A stretch of 64,000 bases of DNA from Eledone cirrhosa (taxonomy: Eukaryota), in NCBI GenBank assembly GCA_964016885.1, contig OZ024741.1, forward strand, positions 6,696,001-6,760,000. The letters are read 5' to 3'. The position numbers were made by a program, and so were the translations under genes. Each line of letters opens with the position of its first letter. Position 1 is the first letter of the stretch. The notes beneath the pieces were generated by a model that was not told the origin of the DNA, ran no database searches, and worked only from the letters and a program-made list of their open reading frames with translations. Shown piece after piece: positions 40,238 through 50,762 of this stretch.

Positions 40238-40585
40238 ACATCTCACCTAGTGGTTAACATGTTTAACTAATGAGCATAAATGTTGTGGGTTCAATTCATT
40301 AAATTGCTCCAGGACACTCAGCGGAAATTGAGTATCAACAGTAGGTGAGTGCTAACCTTGTGATGGACTGGTGTCCTCTCCAGGGGAAGTCTTGAGTACC
40401 AACAGTAGGTGAGTGTTAACCATGTGATGGGCTGGTGTCCTGTTCAGAGGGAAGTCTTGAGTACCAACTGAGTGTTAACCTTGTGATGGGCTGGTGTCCT
40501 TTCCAGGGGGAAGTCTTGTACTCATTCACTTAACACTGATAATTATCCAGGTTAAGCACAGGCCAGGTGAGCCTTTGGGTTTGTA
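40238..40585 (+). mobile_element. Degenerate tRNA-headed SINE with an internal ~55-60 bp triplication
   Basis: The head carries TAGTGGTT and GGTTCAATTC boxes. There are three copies of GAGT(A/G)..AACCTTGTGATGG(A/G)CTGGTGTCCT..CCAGGGGAAGTCTT at ~40330-40520. Confidence 0.6.
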
Positions 40586-40764
40586 GGGGGAAAAAGAGTG
40601 AAAGGCTCTGTTTAATTGCTCCTTGTTTTTATGTTATACATATGGGTAACATTTTTTGAAGATTTGGTACCTCTTTAGATCTCTAGTTTATGTTGGGTAA
40701 CATTTCTTGAATGTTTTTCTGACAACTCCTAATGAAATATAAAAATCAGTTATTGTTTATAAAT

Positions 40765-40935
40765 AATGGTTTCTAAATTTGGCAAAAGGCCAGCAATTTT
40801 TTGGTGGGTTGAGGGGGAGTCGATTATATGACCCCAATACTTGACTGGTACTTTATTGACCCAGGAGGTTGAAAGTCATAACTAAATACAGCAAAGTCTT
40901 TTATTTGATGCTCTACTGATTCTGTTAATTCTTTG
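40765..40935 (-). mobile_element. SINE family B copy (degenerate, internally deleted)
   Basis: GGTTTCTAAATTTGGCAAAAGGCCAGCAATTT...GTCGATTATATGACCCC..ACTGGTACTTTATTGACCC...GATGCTCTACTGATTCTG is the reverse complement of family B. Confidence 0.7.
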
Positions 40936-41002
40936 CCCATTTGTTTGTAAATAATTTCTGATTTGTCTTTTGGTTTTTCTTGATTTTTTTTTTTGTGTCT
41001 AG

Positions 41003-41102
41003 GAAGAAAAGGAAGACAAGAAAGTGGATAACCGAGCAAGAAAAAGAAAACAGATGTCGCAAAGAGAAGAGAATTACTGGAGAGAAATTGTTTATTGACA
41101 AA
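41003..41102 (+). CDS. HASPIN: Haspin kinase, coding exon 2 (basic, NLS-like)
   Basis: Acceptor TTTTTTTGTGTCTAG|G and donor AAA|GTAAGG, phase 2 in and phase 0 out. It encodes (R)KKRKTRKWITEQEKENRCRKEKRITGEKLFIDK. Confidence 0.75.
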
Positions 41103-41138
41103 GTAAGGATGATACCAGTTTCTTTCATGTTAAACGTG

Positions 41139-41197
41139 ATAATAATAATAATGAAATTATTGTGTATAGTGCTCAGGTGCACCACCACATGTCAAAC
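41139..41197 (-). mobile_element. 3' tip of the CR1 family
   Basis: AATAATAATGAAATTATTGTGTATAGTGCTCAGGTGCAC is the reverse complement of the CR1 3' end at 56938-56978. Confidence 0.75.
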
Positions 41198-42028
41198 ATG
41201 AGACTAGGTGATCTCTGATTTTAAAGGTAATATTAGTTGATCTTTCATGTTTAACATGAAATCAGTTGATCTGTGATGTTAAAGATATGAGCTGATCATT
41301 GATGTAAAGGACAATACCAGCTGATCCCTGGTTATGAACCTGGTTATCACCTGATCCTTGCTATTCATCATCACCGTTTTACGTCAATTCTTCCACGTTA
41401 GCATGGGTTGATGTGAACTGAGTGCATTTTATCATGGCACCTGTACTTCAATTTCTGGGTTGAGCGTACTGATTTGTAGAATCAGTACTACCACATGTCA
41501 ACACTTGTATCCTAGGCTGAGATGGGGGGACAGTAATAAAGTGTGAGGGCCGGGGGGGGGGGGGGGGGTAGGCTGCCCTGTTACTGTGGAGGAAGTGTTC
41601 TTTGGAGGCATATGCTGGCATTGTTGGGCAAGGAGTGGTGGTGGTGGTGGTGGGGGGATTCAGGAATAAATTTGGTAGTGTGTGGGAGCGAGAGTGTTGG
41701 GTCATAGGGTTGTAGGTATTTATATATTTTTACATCATTGCTTTTTTTTTTTTTTAGCATACGAACAAAAGTTGCACGATATTGCAATATAGCAGTTTTC
41801 CACTTATTTCAACTAATGCTCTCAGCATCAGGTTGACTTATTCTCTGATCATAGTGGTGCTTCCTCTTTACTCCCCTTGCTCATTCCAACGACTATTTTT
41901 CCTGTGCAGAATATCCACAGACTTTGTAAGAAACCTTATTGTTTCTTACCTAATATCTTGAGTCTTATTTTAAGACATATTGTAGCTTACTTGAAGCATT
42001 GGGTAAGGTGTAGAAATATGTGTTTCGT

Positions 42029-42316
42029 TAGAAGGCTACGGCAATACAAGTGGGATATTAAATGTTAAAATACTGATAACAAAGATGGTAGAATGATACT
42101 TTGGGGTTGTTTAATGGTCTTTAATATTTTGGGATAAATTCCCTTCATCAAAAGTAGAGTTGAGGAAACTAAAGAGGACATAAGATATCCGGTTCTGAAT
42201 TACTTTCCTCAACTCTTCTTTTGAAGAAGGGAATTAAAGACCAACAACCCCAAGGTAATATCCTGTTATCATTAGTTTTTTAATATTTAATGTGCCATCT
42301 GCATTACTGCCTTCTA
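42029..42316. repeat. Degenerate long palindrome (fold-back element)
   Basis: TAGAAGGC..ATTAAAT.TTAAAA..TGATAACA..TTGGGGTTGT..GGTCTTTAAT..TTCCCTTCATCAAAAGTAGAGTTGAGGAAA is mirrored by TTTCCTCAACTCTTCTTTTGAAGAAGGGAATTAAAGACC.ACAACCCCAA..TGTTATCA..GCCTTCTA. Confidence 0.8.
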
Positions 42317-42543
42317 AATATTATTTTAAATTAATAAATAAATTGATCTTAATTATGTTAATTCAAGGATTATGAACTTCATCTATTTGACCGGTCTGAG
42401 AGGGTCTGTGAATGTTGTAGACACAGCCTCTTTCTCCACACCAAAACATTAAATAACTTTCTCGCTGAGCAGTCTTTGACAGTCTAAATTGTTTTCTGTT
42501 GTTATTTAACAGCAATTAATAAAGATTTTTGTATTTTTTTCAG

Positions 42544-44250
42544 AGTTTTGTTTCTAGTTTCTCAGATTCCTTTAAAGAACCTTTGCCACAATTTGATGTC
42601 CACTTAAAAAAGACACAGAAAAGTGTTGTTCCTCCATCTGCTTACAAGAAAAGACTTCCAAACCTGACAAAGTTGAACGTGGAATCTCCTGGATTGTGTG
42701 ACAGACTTAGTGAGAAAAGTCTTTCGATGCACTTCAGTGACTTTGATGACTATGAACTGTGTATCTCTGAATCACCAATTCCAGCGAATCCACATGAAAA
42801 GAATTTCCCCAGAGTCACTGCACTAACTGATAGCTGTGACCAGTTGTCTCAGACCAATGCACTAACATCTGATAGCTCTGACCAGTTGTCTCAGACCAAT
42901 GCACTAACATCTGATAGCTCTGACCAGTTGCCTCAGACCAATGACTTACTGAGAGATAAAAGAAGCCGGGAATCATTAGAAAAGGTGTCTGTTAAAACTA
43001 AAGCTGGTAAGTCAAAGATTAGTACCAGTACTCCTGTATACCTGCCGGTAGTCAGGCTAGAACGTAGCGCTGAGGCTGATGAACATCTACGTAATTTATA
43101 CAACACTAGCAGGGAAAACTTAAGTAGTTACAAGGATAATGATGTAGAAGTAAGCATAGAAAACGGTGCTAATTATAACAGTATGTTTTCATCAGAACTC
43201 TGGAGTGATGGCCATCCTACCCCTTTTCCTCAAAGTGAACTCTGGAGTGGTGGTCATCCAGCCCCTTCTCCTAATGATCAGGAAGATAACACCACCAGTT
43301 TGGAGATTTACTCCAGTGCCAAGAAGAGTCCATTTGATTGTGTTGTCCAGTTAGACAAACTTCATGCAGATGTGGAACATGTGTTGAATACAGATAGTTA
43401 CATCAGTTTTCAAGATTATTCTCCCAGTTTGTTTGGGGACAGTTTTTCTGCTGACAGATCAAAACAGGACAAAAAGCTGAAAAAGAAGCAATTATCATTG
43501 TTGTTGAGTTCTTGTACAAACTGTTCACTGCAACAGCCTTGTGGTAATGATTGTGCCTACATGAAGTATATGGTTAGCTCAAGGCCATTCTATGACCTTC
43601 TTAGTGATATTGGAGATAGCAGTGACCACTGTCTTGATTCAGTTGATTTGGTTTCCTCGCCAGATTTTGTTGGGTCAAACACTGAGAGCAAATCAAAATG
43701 GCTGAATGATGATAACGAAAGCAACATGTTTAATGCTAGTATTCAACATATAAATAGTCTTCTACAGAGTGTGTTGTTTGATAGTGATGAGGATGTGTTT
43801 GAGGATGCTTGTGACACAAGCATGGAAAACAACAGAGACTTAGCATTAAATGATATAGAGGAGGAGGAAGAACAAGGTGGCCATGAAAAGGAAGATATAG
43901 ATGATGTCCATGATGTAACTCCTCTCAGTGATGAAGATAACCTGAATACTTCAGAACACTCGTGGTTAAGTGACTCCATCTTACACTCTGGCAACCCTAA
44001 GAAATGTTTACAGTCAAGTGTTCTACAACAAAGTCCTTATGAAATCTGTAGCAGAAAAATCAACAGTCAACAGAAACATAGCTCCAAGCAAACTGTGACC
44101 GATTCTCTTTTATCTGGTGACGAGGAAGAGGATGAGGAGGATAACAGTATCAATCCAGATAATTGCAGCCATAGTGTTGATGCTGAATGTTTCAGAAATC
44201 TCCATTTGTCCGACAGTCAATGGACTACTCCACAGAGGAGAAGCTTGTTG
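42544..44250 (+). CDS. HASPIN: Haspin kinase, large coding exon 3 (569 codons, Ser/Asp-rich, probably disordered)
   Basis: This is a 1.7-kb stop-free frame with acceptor TTTTTTTCAG|AGT (phase 0) and donor TTG|GTTAGT (phase 0). It is phase-compatible with exons 2 and 4. Confidence 0.85.
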
Positions 44251-44300
44251 GTTAGTATTCTTTTGGATTTATCTTAGTAAAATATCCTTCTTTCTCTTAT

Positions 44301-44508
44301 GTGGCAGAATTGGCAGAGCGTCGGACACCATGCTTCACGGCATAGAGTTGCGGCCCTTTATGTTCTGAGTTCAAGTGCCATCAAAGTTAACTTTGCTTTC
44401 ATCTTTACGGGGTCGATAAAATAAAATACCAGTAATATACTGGTTCAATTTAATCAACTTTCTCCTCCCCCATAAATTGCTGGCTTTGTGCCTAAATCAG
44501 AAACTATT
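44301..44508 (+). mobile_element. SINE family B copy
   Basis: TTGGCAGAGCGTCGGACACCATGCTT...GTTCTGAGTTCAAG...GGGGTCGATAAAATAAAATACCAGT...GTGCCTAAATCAGAAACTATT. Confidence 0.8.
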
Positions 44509-44539
44509 GTTAGTGGTTGTAGCCTAGACTTTCCTTATG

Positions 44540-44647
44540 ACACACACACACATACAGACACACACACACACATACACACACAGACACACACCCACATACA
44601 TACAGACACACATGCACGTATGCACGCACAAATACACAAGCACACAG

Positions 44648-44682
<35 letters not shown>
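44540..44682. repeat. Imperfect (CA)n microsatellite
   Basis: Directly visible in the sequence. Confidence 0.95.
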
Positions 44683-44684
<2 letters not shown>

Positions 44685-45082
44685 GGTCGTCTGCCAATAA
44701 TAATTCATATTTTTCACACTGGTTTAAATAAAACTCAAATCCCTTCCCAGACTTGGTTTGGATTGCTTTAGCAGAGTCTGTTGTAAGATTTCTAATACCC
44801 ATCACACGTCTTTCTGAGGGGACCAGTAATTCCCACCCCACTCATGACCAGTAGATGCCACCTCACAGACATTACCCACTCCACCCATGTCCTTCAGACT
44901 GACTGATGAAGGTCATGGGCTCTGTCCCTTCCTTTCTCACTAATGTTTAAATGAAGGGAACTTTATTCTTCACTTTGACTGTACCCTATAATACTTCTCT
45001 CCTTCATTACTTGTGATTACATATCACTATTTCTGTCTGCCTCTCTCATCTGATTGTATATACATACATATATATATATATA

Positions 45083-45200
45083 TAGGAAAAGAGTCAGGAC
45101 CCCGATGGCAGAGCTCAAGCCATTTTGACAGCTATTTCAGTCCAGAAATAGCTGTCGAAACGGCTTGAGCTCTGCTGTCGGGGCCCTGACTCTTTTCCTA
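45083..45200. repeat. 56-bp-arm hairpin element in (TA)n, with a ~70-bp tail
   Basis: TAGGAAAAGAGTCAGGACCCCGATGGCAGAGCTCAAGCC...GCTATTTC [AGTCCA] GAAATAGC...GGCTTGAGCTCTGCTGTCGGGGCCCTGACTCTTTTCCTA, with a few transition mismatches. Confidence 0.92.
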
Positions 45201-45283
45201 CTACCCAAAGTATTGAGTACTCTGGTGCATTATGGGCCACCTGGTTCCTTACCACACTTCCTTCGTTATAAATATATATATAT

Positions 45284-45613
45284 GGAGGCACATGGCTTAG
45301 TGGTTAGAACATTGGCCTTGCAATCAAAAGGTTGGGAGTTCAATTCTCAGACCGGGTGATGTGTTGTTTCCTTGAGCAAGAGACTTTATTTCACATTGCT
45401 CCAGTTTACTCAGCTGTAGAAATGAGATGATAGGGACTGGGGTCCATATCATTCCACTGCAAAGTGATCGTGGAGGTGCCACGGCAAAAAAGCACCCAGC
45501 ACTCACTGTAAATGAGGTTGGTGTCAGGAAGGGCATCCAGCTGTAGAAATCAAGCCAGAATCAGTTCCCGTCCCACCCTTGCAAGCAGGAAAAAGCGGAC
45601 GTAAAATGGTGAT
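45284..45613 (+). mobile_element. tRNA-headed SINE family A (RTE-type tail), full length
   Basis: Head GGAGGCACATGGCTTAGTGGTTAG...GAGTTCAATTCTC, a CORE-like TCCTTGAGCAAGA.ACTT segment, and a 3' CCCGTCCCACCCTTGCAAGCAGG..AAAGCGGACGTAAAATG shared with the RTE end at ~37581-37630. Confidence 0.9.
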
Positions 45614-45781
45614 ATATACACACACACGCATACATACATATACATATATATATAAATAAATGTGTCTGAAACGTTGAGACTCTCTTCCTGCTATTTCAAG
45701 CTTTAAACTAATATATTTCTTCCATGTACTCCTCCGTTTTGTTATTTATGTTTTAACCTATATTTTATCGTCCATCTCCAG

Positions 45782-45885
45782 TGTATTCTGTCACCTGTCA
45801 AGTATCCTCTCTCTCCTAAGTCCAAAATATTGAAACAATGTCAACAGGAAAAATTTATTTCATTTGCTGATTGCATTAGACCACA
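45782..45885 (+). CDS. HASPIN: Haspin kinase, coding exon 4 (pre-kinase N-terminal extension; absent from the ORF track)
   Basis: Acceptor CATCTCCAG|TGT and donor CA|GTAAGT. It encodes CILSPVKYPLSPKSKILKQCQQEKFISFADCIRP, which matches the Haspin K(V/I)xxxCxQxxxxxFxxC pattern. Phase 0 in and phase 2 out fits exons 3 and 5. Confidence 0.88.
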
Positions 45886-45913
45886 GTAAGTCTTATTTCA
45901 GTTTTAAATATAT

Positions 45914-46020
45914 ATAATTACCATTATTAAATAATTACCATTATTAAATAATTACCATTATCAAATAATTACCATTATCAAATAACTACAATTATCAAAT
46001 AATTGCTGTTATCAAATTAT
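45914..46020. repeat. 17-bp tandem repeat (~6 copies)
   Basis: ATAATTACCATTAT(T/C)AA is repeated and degenerates rightwards. Confidence 0.85.
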
Positions 46021-46061
46021 TATGAGATAAACATTTATCATCATTTGACATCTGCTTTGCA

Positions 46062-46412
46062 TGTTGGACGGGTGACCACAGGTGAAGTAGGTCAAGTTGG
46101 TATGGGTTGGACGGGTGACCACAGGTGAAGTTGGTATGGGTTGGACAGGTGATCACAGGTGAAGTAGGTCAAGTTGGTATGGGTTGGACGGGTGACCACA
46201 GGTGAAGTTGGTATGGGTTGGACAGGTGATCACAGGTGAAGTAGGTCAAGTTGGTATGGGTTGCACAGGTGACCACAGGTGAAGTAGGTTGAGTTCGCAT
46301 GGGTTGGACAGGTGAAGTAGGTCAAGTTGGTATGGGTTGGACAGGTGACCACAGGTGAAGTAGGTCAAGTTGGTATGGGTTGGACAGGTGACCACAGGTG
46401 AAGTTGACAGGT
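46062..46412. repeat. 34/43-bp minisatellite
   Basis: GTTGGTATGGGTTGGAC(A/G)GGTGACCACAGGTGAA(GTAGGTCAA) occurs about 8-9 times. Confidence 0.9.
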
Positions 46413-46786
46413 CAAAGAAACTTGGTTTAATTAGACCAGTAAAACATCAGACTAAACACTTAAAACTATTTTATATGGAATGTCATTGACCTCCCCCTTC
46501 TCCATTTGTTACAGGTTAACCTCCCCCTCTCCCATTGTTACACATTAACCTCCCCCCTCTCCCCAAGCTCAACTTAATAAAATAAGGCCTTACAACCACA
46601 TAGTTTCAGGTTGTAAGCCACTGTGTGACATTTAGTTTAAAATAATCCCCTCCAGGGTCTTGGGTCACCTTTAGTGGAGTCTACTCTGTTGTAATCCATC
46701 ATTTAGGGTCACCTTGTAAGAATTTGGCTGAAGCACCTGGTCTATAGATGAATTCTTCCTTTTTTGGCCACTTGTCTTAGAGGCCC

Positions 46787-46900
46787 TTAACCCTTTAGCA
46801 TTTAAACCGGCCAGAATACTGTTCAAACCGGTTGTAACTGGCCACTCGTACTGACATTAAGGTATTGTTCTCAAAATACATATCAAAATCTTATAGATTC
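46787..46900 (+). mobile_element. Possible piggyBac-type MITE end fragment
   Basis: TTAA|CCCTTTAGCATTTAAACCGGCC start, with no matching opposite terminus found. Confidence 0.3.
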
Positions 46901-46902
46901 AA

Positions 46903-47084
46903 TATTATTTGAGGTAAAGCTTTTACTATGAAAATACAATAGTATATATAGAGTAATGTAAATGTTATGAGATATTGTGAGATAAAGCCTTTACTGTGAA
47001 AATACAATAGTATATATAGAGTAATGTAAATGTTATGTGAGGTAAAGTGTTTACCGTGAAAATACAATACTATATATAGAGTGA
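46903..47084. repeat. 60/72-bp minisatellite, left remnant (~3 diverged units)
   Basis: Same unit as 52682-54159, with more substitutions. Confidence 0.9.
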
Positions 47085-47319
47085 TTTCTTTATTTGCCAC
47101 TAGGGCACAAAAGGTAGGGACAGATACAAGGGGGGAAGTTTACATATAATTAACAAGTACAAAAATATAACAATGAAATAACAACAACAAACGAAGTCCT
47201 CAATAGGGAGGGGGCATTAACATGGGTCGCACACACCCCGGAAAAAATGTGCAACCCTTCTCCTCAGGAGCACAAAGAGTAGGTGCTTCCCTCGTCTCCT
47301 CTTTTTCCTCTTCTTTCAC

Positions 47320-50300
47320 CTACAGGCTGATATAGAGAGAAGACCTATTCACTCTGGCCATTCTCCCTACTTTCACCCACCTTTCATAAAACTTACTGGG
47401 GTAGAGCACCTCTCTCTCCATTCTGATCCTTCTTTTAAAATGGTATTTGAAAAAGGGGACCAGTTGTTGGCCAGAGAGAAAGGTGTCTGGCCTCAGCCCT
47501 TTCAGCCTCGTCCACCATACAACTTCTTTAGCCATGGCTATAACACAGAGAAAAACCGCCTCTTCTTCGTTTTTGAAAGGGGGAGGCGGTTTGATCGTGA
47601 CAATGGACTCGGTGGTCAACCGGATTGGTGCCACCCTCGACAGTAGTCGTTCCACATAGCCCCACAGGTCAGCAATGCCTGGGCAGTGTACGAATGCGTG
47701 CGCAACGGTTTCGTCGTCATGCACGCATCTGACAGATCTTATTCAAAGGATCCCTACCCAGGCTCCCATGCCTGTGGAGCTTGTCTCGAACGGGTAGAGC
47801 CCCTCGGTAGCACTGCCAAGCCAGGGACTTTTGGAAGTTGTCCATCGGTCCAGGGCCAAACGTCCTACCGAACAGACTGGCCAGTTCATCTTCCTCCATG
47901 CCTAGAGCTTCTCCGAGAGCATCGTCGCACCTGCTGCGTACCAACCCTCTATAGAATGTCGAGGTGGAGTCTCCACTGATTGCCGGGTCCGCTTTCCAGA
48001 GGGCCGTGAGCGCCTGGGCACATTCAATGTGCCAGTTGCCCACTTTTTTCGGTCTTTGCTTGACCCAGGATTGCAGCTCGGTGAGCGAGACGAGTCTGGG
48101 AAAGGCTCGCCTCACAAACGGGGCCCACACCGGTTGACCGGTGAGGAATACCTGGAGGTGCCGTAGCCTTAATGCGTGTTTACGCATCTGTAGCCACGGC
48201 ATCCCCAGCCCTCCTTTCGAAGGGTGTTGACAGATGGATCTCCTCACCAAAGGGGTCCGCTTGTTCCAAAGAAATTGGAACAGCGCGCACTCCATTTTGG
48301 CGAGTCTTTTCACTGGACAAGGCACGACGGTCAAGCGGTAGTAGATGACGGATGCTATATAAGTATTCGCCACCTCCGCTCGACCTTTCAGGGATAGTTT
48401 GCACTGGGCCCACTTCTGGGTGAGTGCAAACACCCTGGCCGTTACCTCGTTCCAGTTTTTCTCCACCTGGAGGTCTGATCCGAACCAGACCCCAAGCAGC
48501 TTCACCGGGCCCTCCGTCCAGTGTCCGACGACGTCATTGGAGGGCATCGGTTTGCCTCTCCATGTTCCGAGTTGCAAACCGATGGACTTGTCCCGGTTCA
48601 GCTTGGCTCCTGTAAACCTTTCATATTCCTCCAGTAAGGTGCCGATCTCACCGATTTGCGAGGTTTTCAACACCATTACTGTCACGTCATCGGCGTAGGC
48701 CGACGCCGCTTTCTGCAATCCCGGTTCCAAAGGGATGCCCTGCAACCGCTCCAACTTCCGCAGTAGTGGCTCAAGAGCCAGCACATACAGAAGGGAGGTG
48801 AGAGGGCATCCCTGTCGGATGGATCGCATGATTTGGAACAGCTCCGAGAGGTGGCCGTTCACCTTGACCCTTGAGCAGACGTTGCTGCTGTGCATCGCAG
48901 CAATCCAACCCCTGAAAACGGGTCCGAAGCCTGCCACCGCAAGCACCGCATCCAGGTAACGATGGTCAACCCTATCGAAAGCTTTAGATTGATCCAAGTT
49001 GATCAGGGCCCCACCAAAGCCGGGTTCATTCCCTACCCTCTCTATGATGTATCGCATAAGGTGGAGATTGTCGTGAATGGACCTGGACGGGATTGCGCAT
49101 GTCTGCGCTTCTCCCACCAGGTTTCCGACGACAAGCGCCAACCTCTTCGCTAACACCTTGGCCAAAATCTTTAACTCTGTATTTAGCAGAGTTATGGGCC
49201 TGAAGTTACTTATGTCATCACCCTTGTTCTCATCCTTCCTCACCAGCGTAACTACGCCTTTGGTCACAGAACTGGGAATTCTCCCGTTCTGCTGCCAGTT
49301 GCAGTAGACCGCTTCGAGGATATCGGAGAACAAGTCCGGCATCGCTACATATAGCTCGTATGGTAGACCATCGAGACCTGGGGATTTGCGTTTGCCGCAT
49401 TGGCTCAGCGCCGCCCCTATCTCGGCAGCTGAAATTGTCCTTTCGCAGGACTTCGCGTCCGAGAGGCGCGGCAGACCGTCGAGGTATGGATTGAAATCCA
49501 TAGTCTCACCCGGCGCGCCGCCCCTCTTGAACAGTCGTGCAAAGTGCCGCTGAAAGGCCGCACACATCTGCCCAGGTTCAAGGATCACACGCCCATCCTG
49601 GTCCTTCAAAGACCGAATCGTGGACTTGTTCCCACTTTTTGCCTCTGTCACTCGGGCCCAGCTCACAGCTTTGGCTCCCTCATTACCCAGAGCACGTATT
49701 TTACTCCTGACAACGCAGCCTTCATGCTTCACCTCAAAGAACTGGTCTAAGGCCATTCTTGATGCCAGCACGCCGGCTACATTGCCACTCCTAATCGCCT
49801 CTTCTACTCTATCTACTAATTCCCTTTCCGTCTTGTTCCTATCCCTTGCTAATTCCTGACTAAAACCTATCGATTCTATTCTAATTGCTCTCTTAAGAGA
49901 GCTCCACCACCTGTTGTTGACAATTGCCCCTGTCAAACTCTGCTTAACTAACGTGCTAATCCGTTTACTGTAAGCTTTGCTTGTCGGTAAGGACAAGTTC
50001 AGCTTCCAGTAACCGGGTTCCTGTCTATGGGTTCTATCAAGGTTGGCTATGCAGGTCACTAACTTGTGATCCGAATAGTCAACCATGAACATTTTTGGAC
50101 AGCTAAATGTGTCCCTATCCTTCTCTCTAACTAGGACCCTATCTAGGTACGACCTAGATGTTCCGCTGCGATTGGTTCACGTCCATAGTGGTACAGTCGG
50201 AAAATCTAGTCGATATCTATCGGCCAGGTCAAATCGGCCGATTAACCTTTTGAGGCTTTTACACCCCCCTCTATTGGCACATGCCCCTACATAGTCCCAA

Positions 50301-50741
50301 CGTGCATCCAGGATACCATTCCAGTCCCCCACTAAAAGCAAGGAGCGGGACGTTCCCAGAAAAGTTTCCAGACGTTGGAAGTATTCCGGCCGCGCTGCCC
50401 AAAAAGGGGCGTACACAGCAATTAGTCTAAGGGCTCCACTTTCACTACTGCCGACGTCTAAAACCACCAGTCGACCCTCCGGGTCCAGGTGCACCTTCTG
50501 TATGGCGAGGCCCAGGTGTTTTCGCAGCAGAACGACAACTCCACCCCCCCGGTTGACAGAGAGATGCGAAGATCTCAAAGTCGTCGAAGAGGGGCGCCAG
50601 TTGGTGCTCGCTGCTGATCCTGGACTCGCAAATAGCCATTACATCCATTCTATGCAACCTGAGATCGTTTAAAAGTTTGCCTTGTTTCCAAGACAGTCCC
50701 AGGCCGCATACATTCAGACACCCAACTCTTATATCAGCCAT
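47320..50741 (-). pseudogene. Tx1-like ORF2 (AP endonuclease, reverse transcriptase, C-terminal zinc finger), disrupted
   Basis: Motifs: LNVCGL, LIAVYAP, GDWN, YLDRV, SDHK, GYWKLN, KSPGLDGLP, FRPITLLN, LDQSKAFDRV, IRQGCP, AYADD and C..HDDETVAHAFVHC. There are frameshifts near 50545 and 47730 and an in-frame stop at 50177-50179. Confidence 0.93.
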
Positions 50742-50762
50742 GTTGGTTAAAAGAGGAAGGAC

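Noticed and set aside
42529-44277. Standalone 582-aa gene
   Set aside because: The TTG start lies in a polypyrimidine tract, and the ORF is bounded by splice sites in phase with the flanking Haspin exons.
44488-44841. THTH and VCVC ORFs
   Set aside because: Translations of the (CA)n microsatellite.
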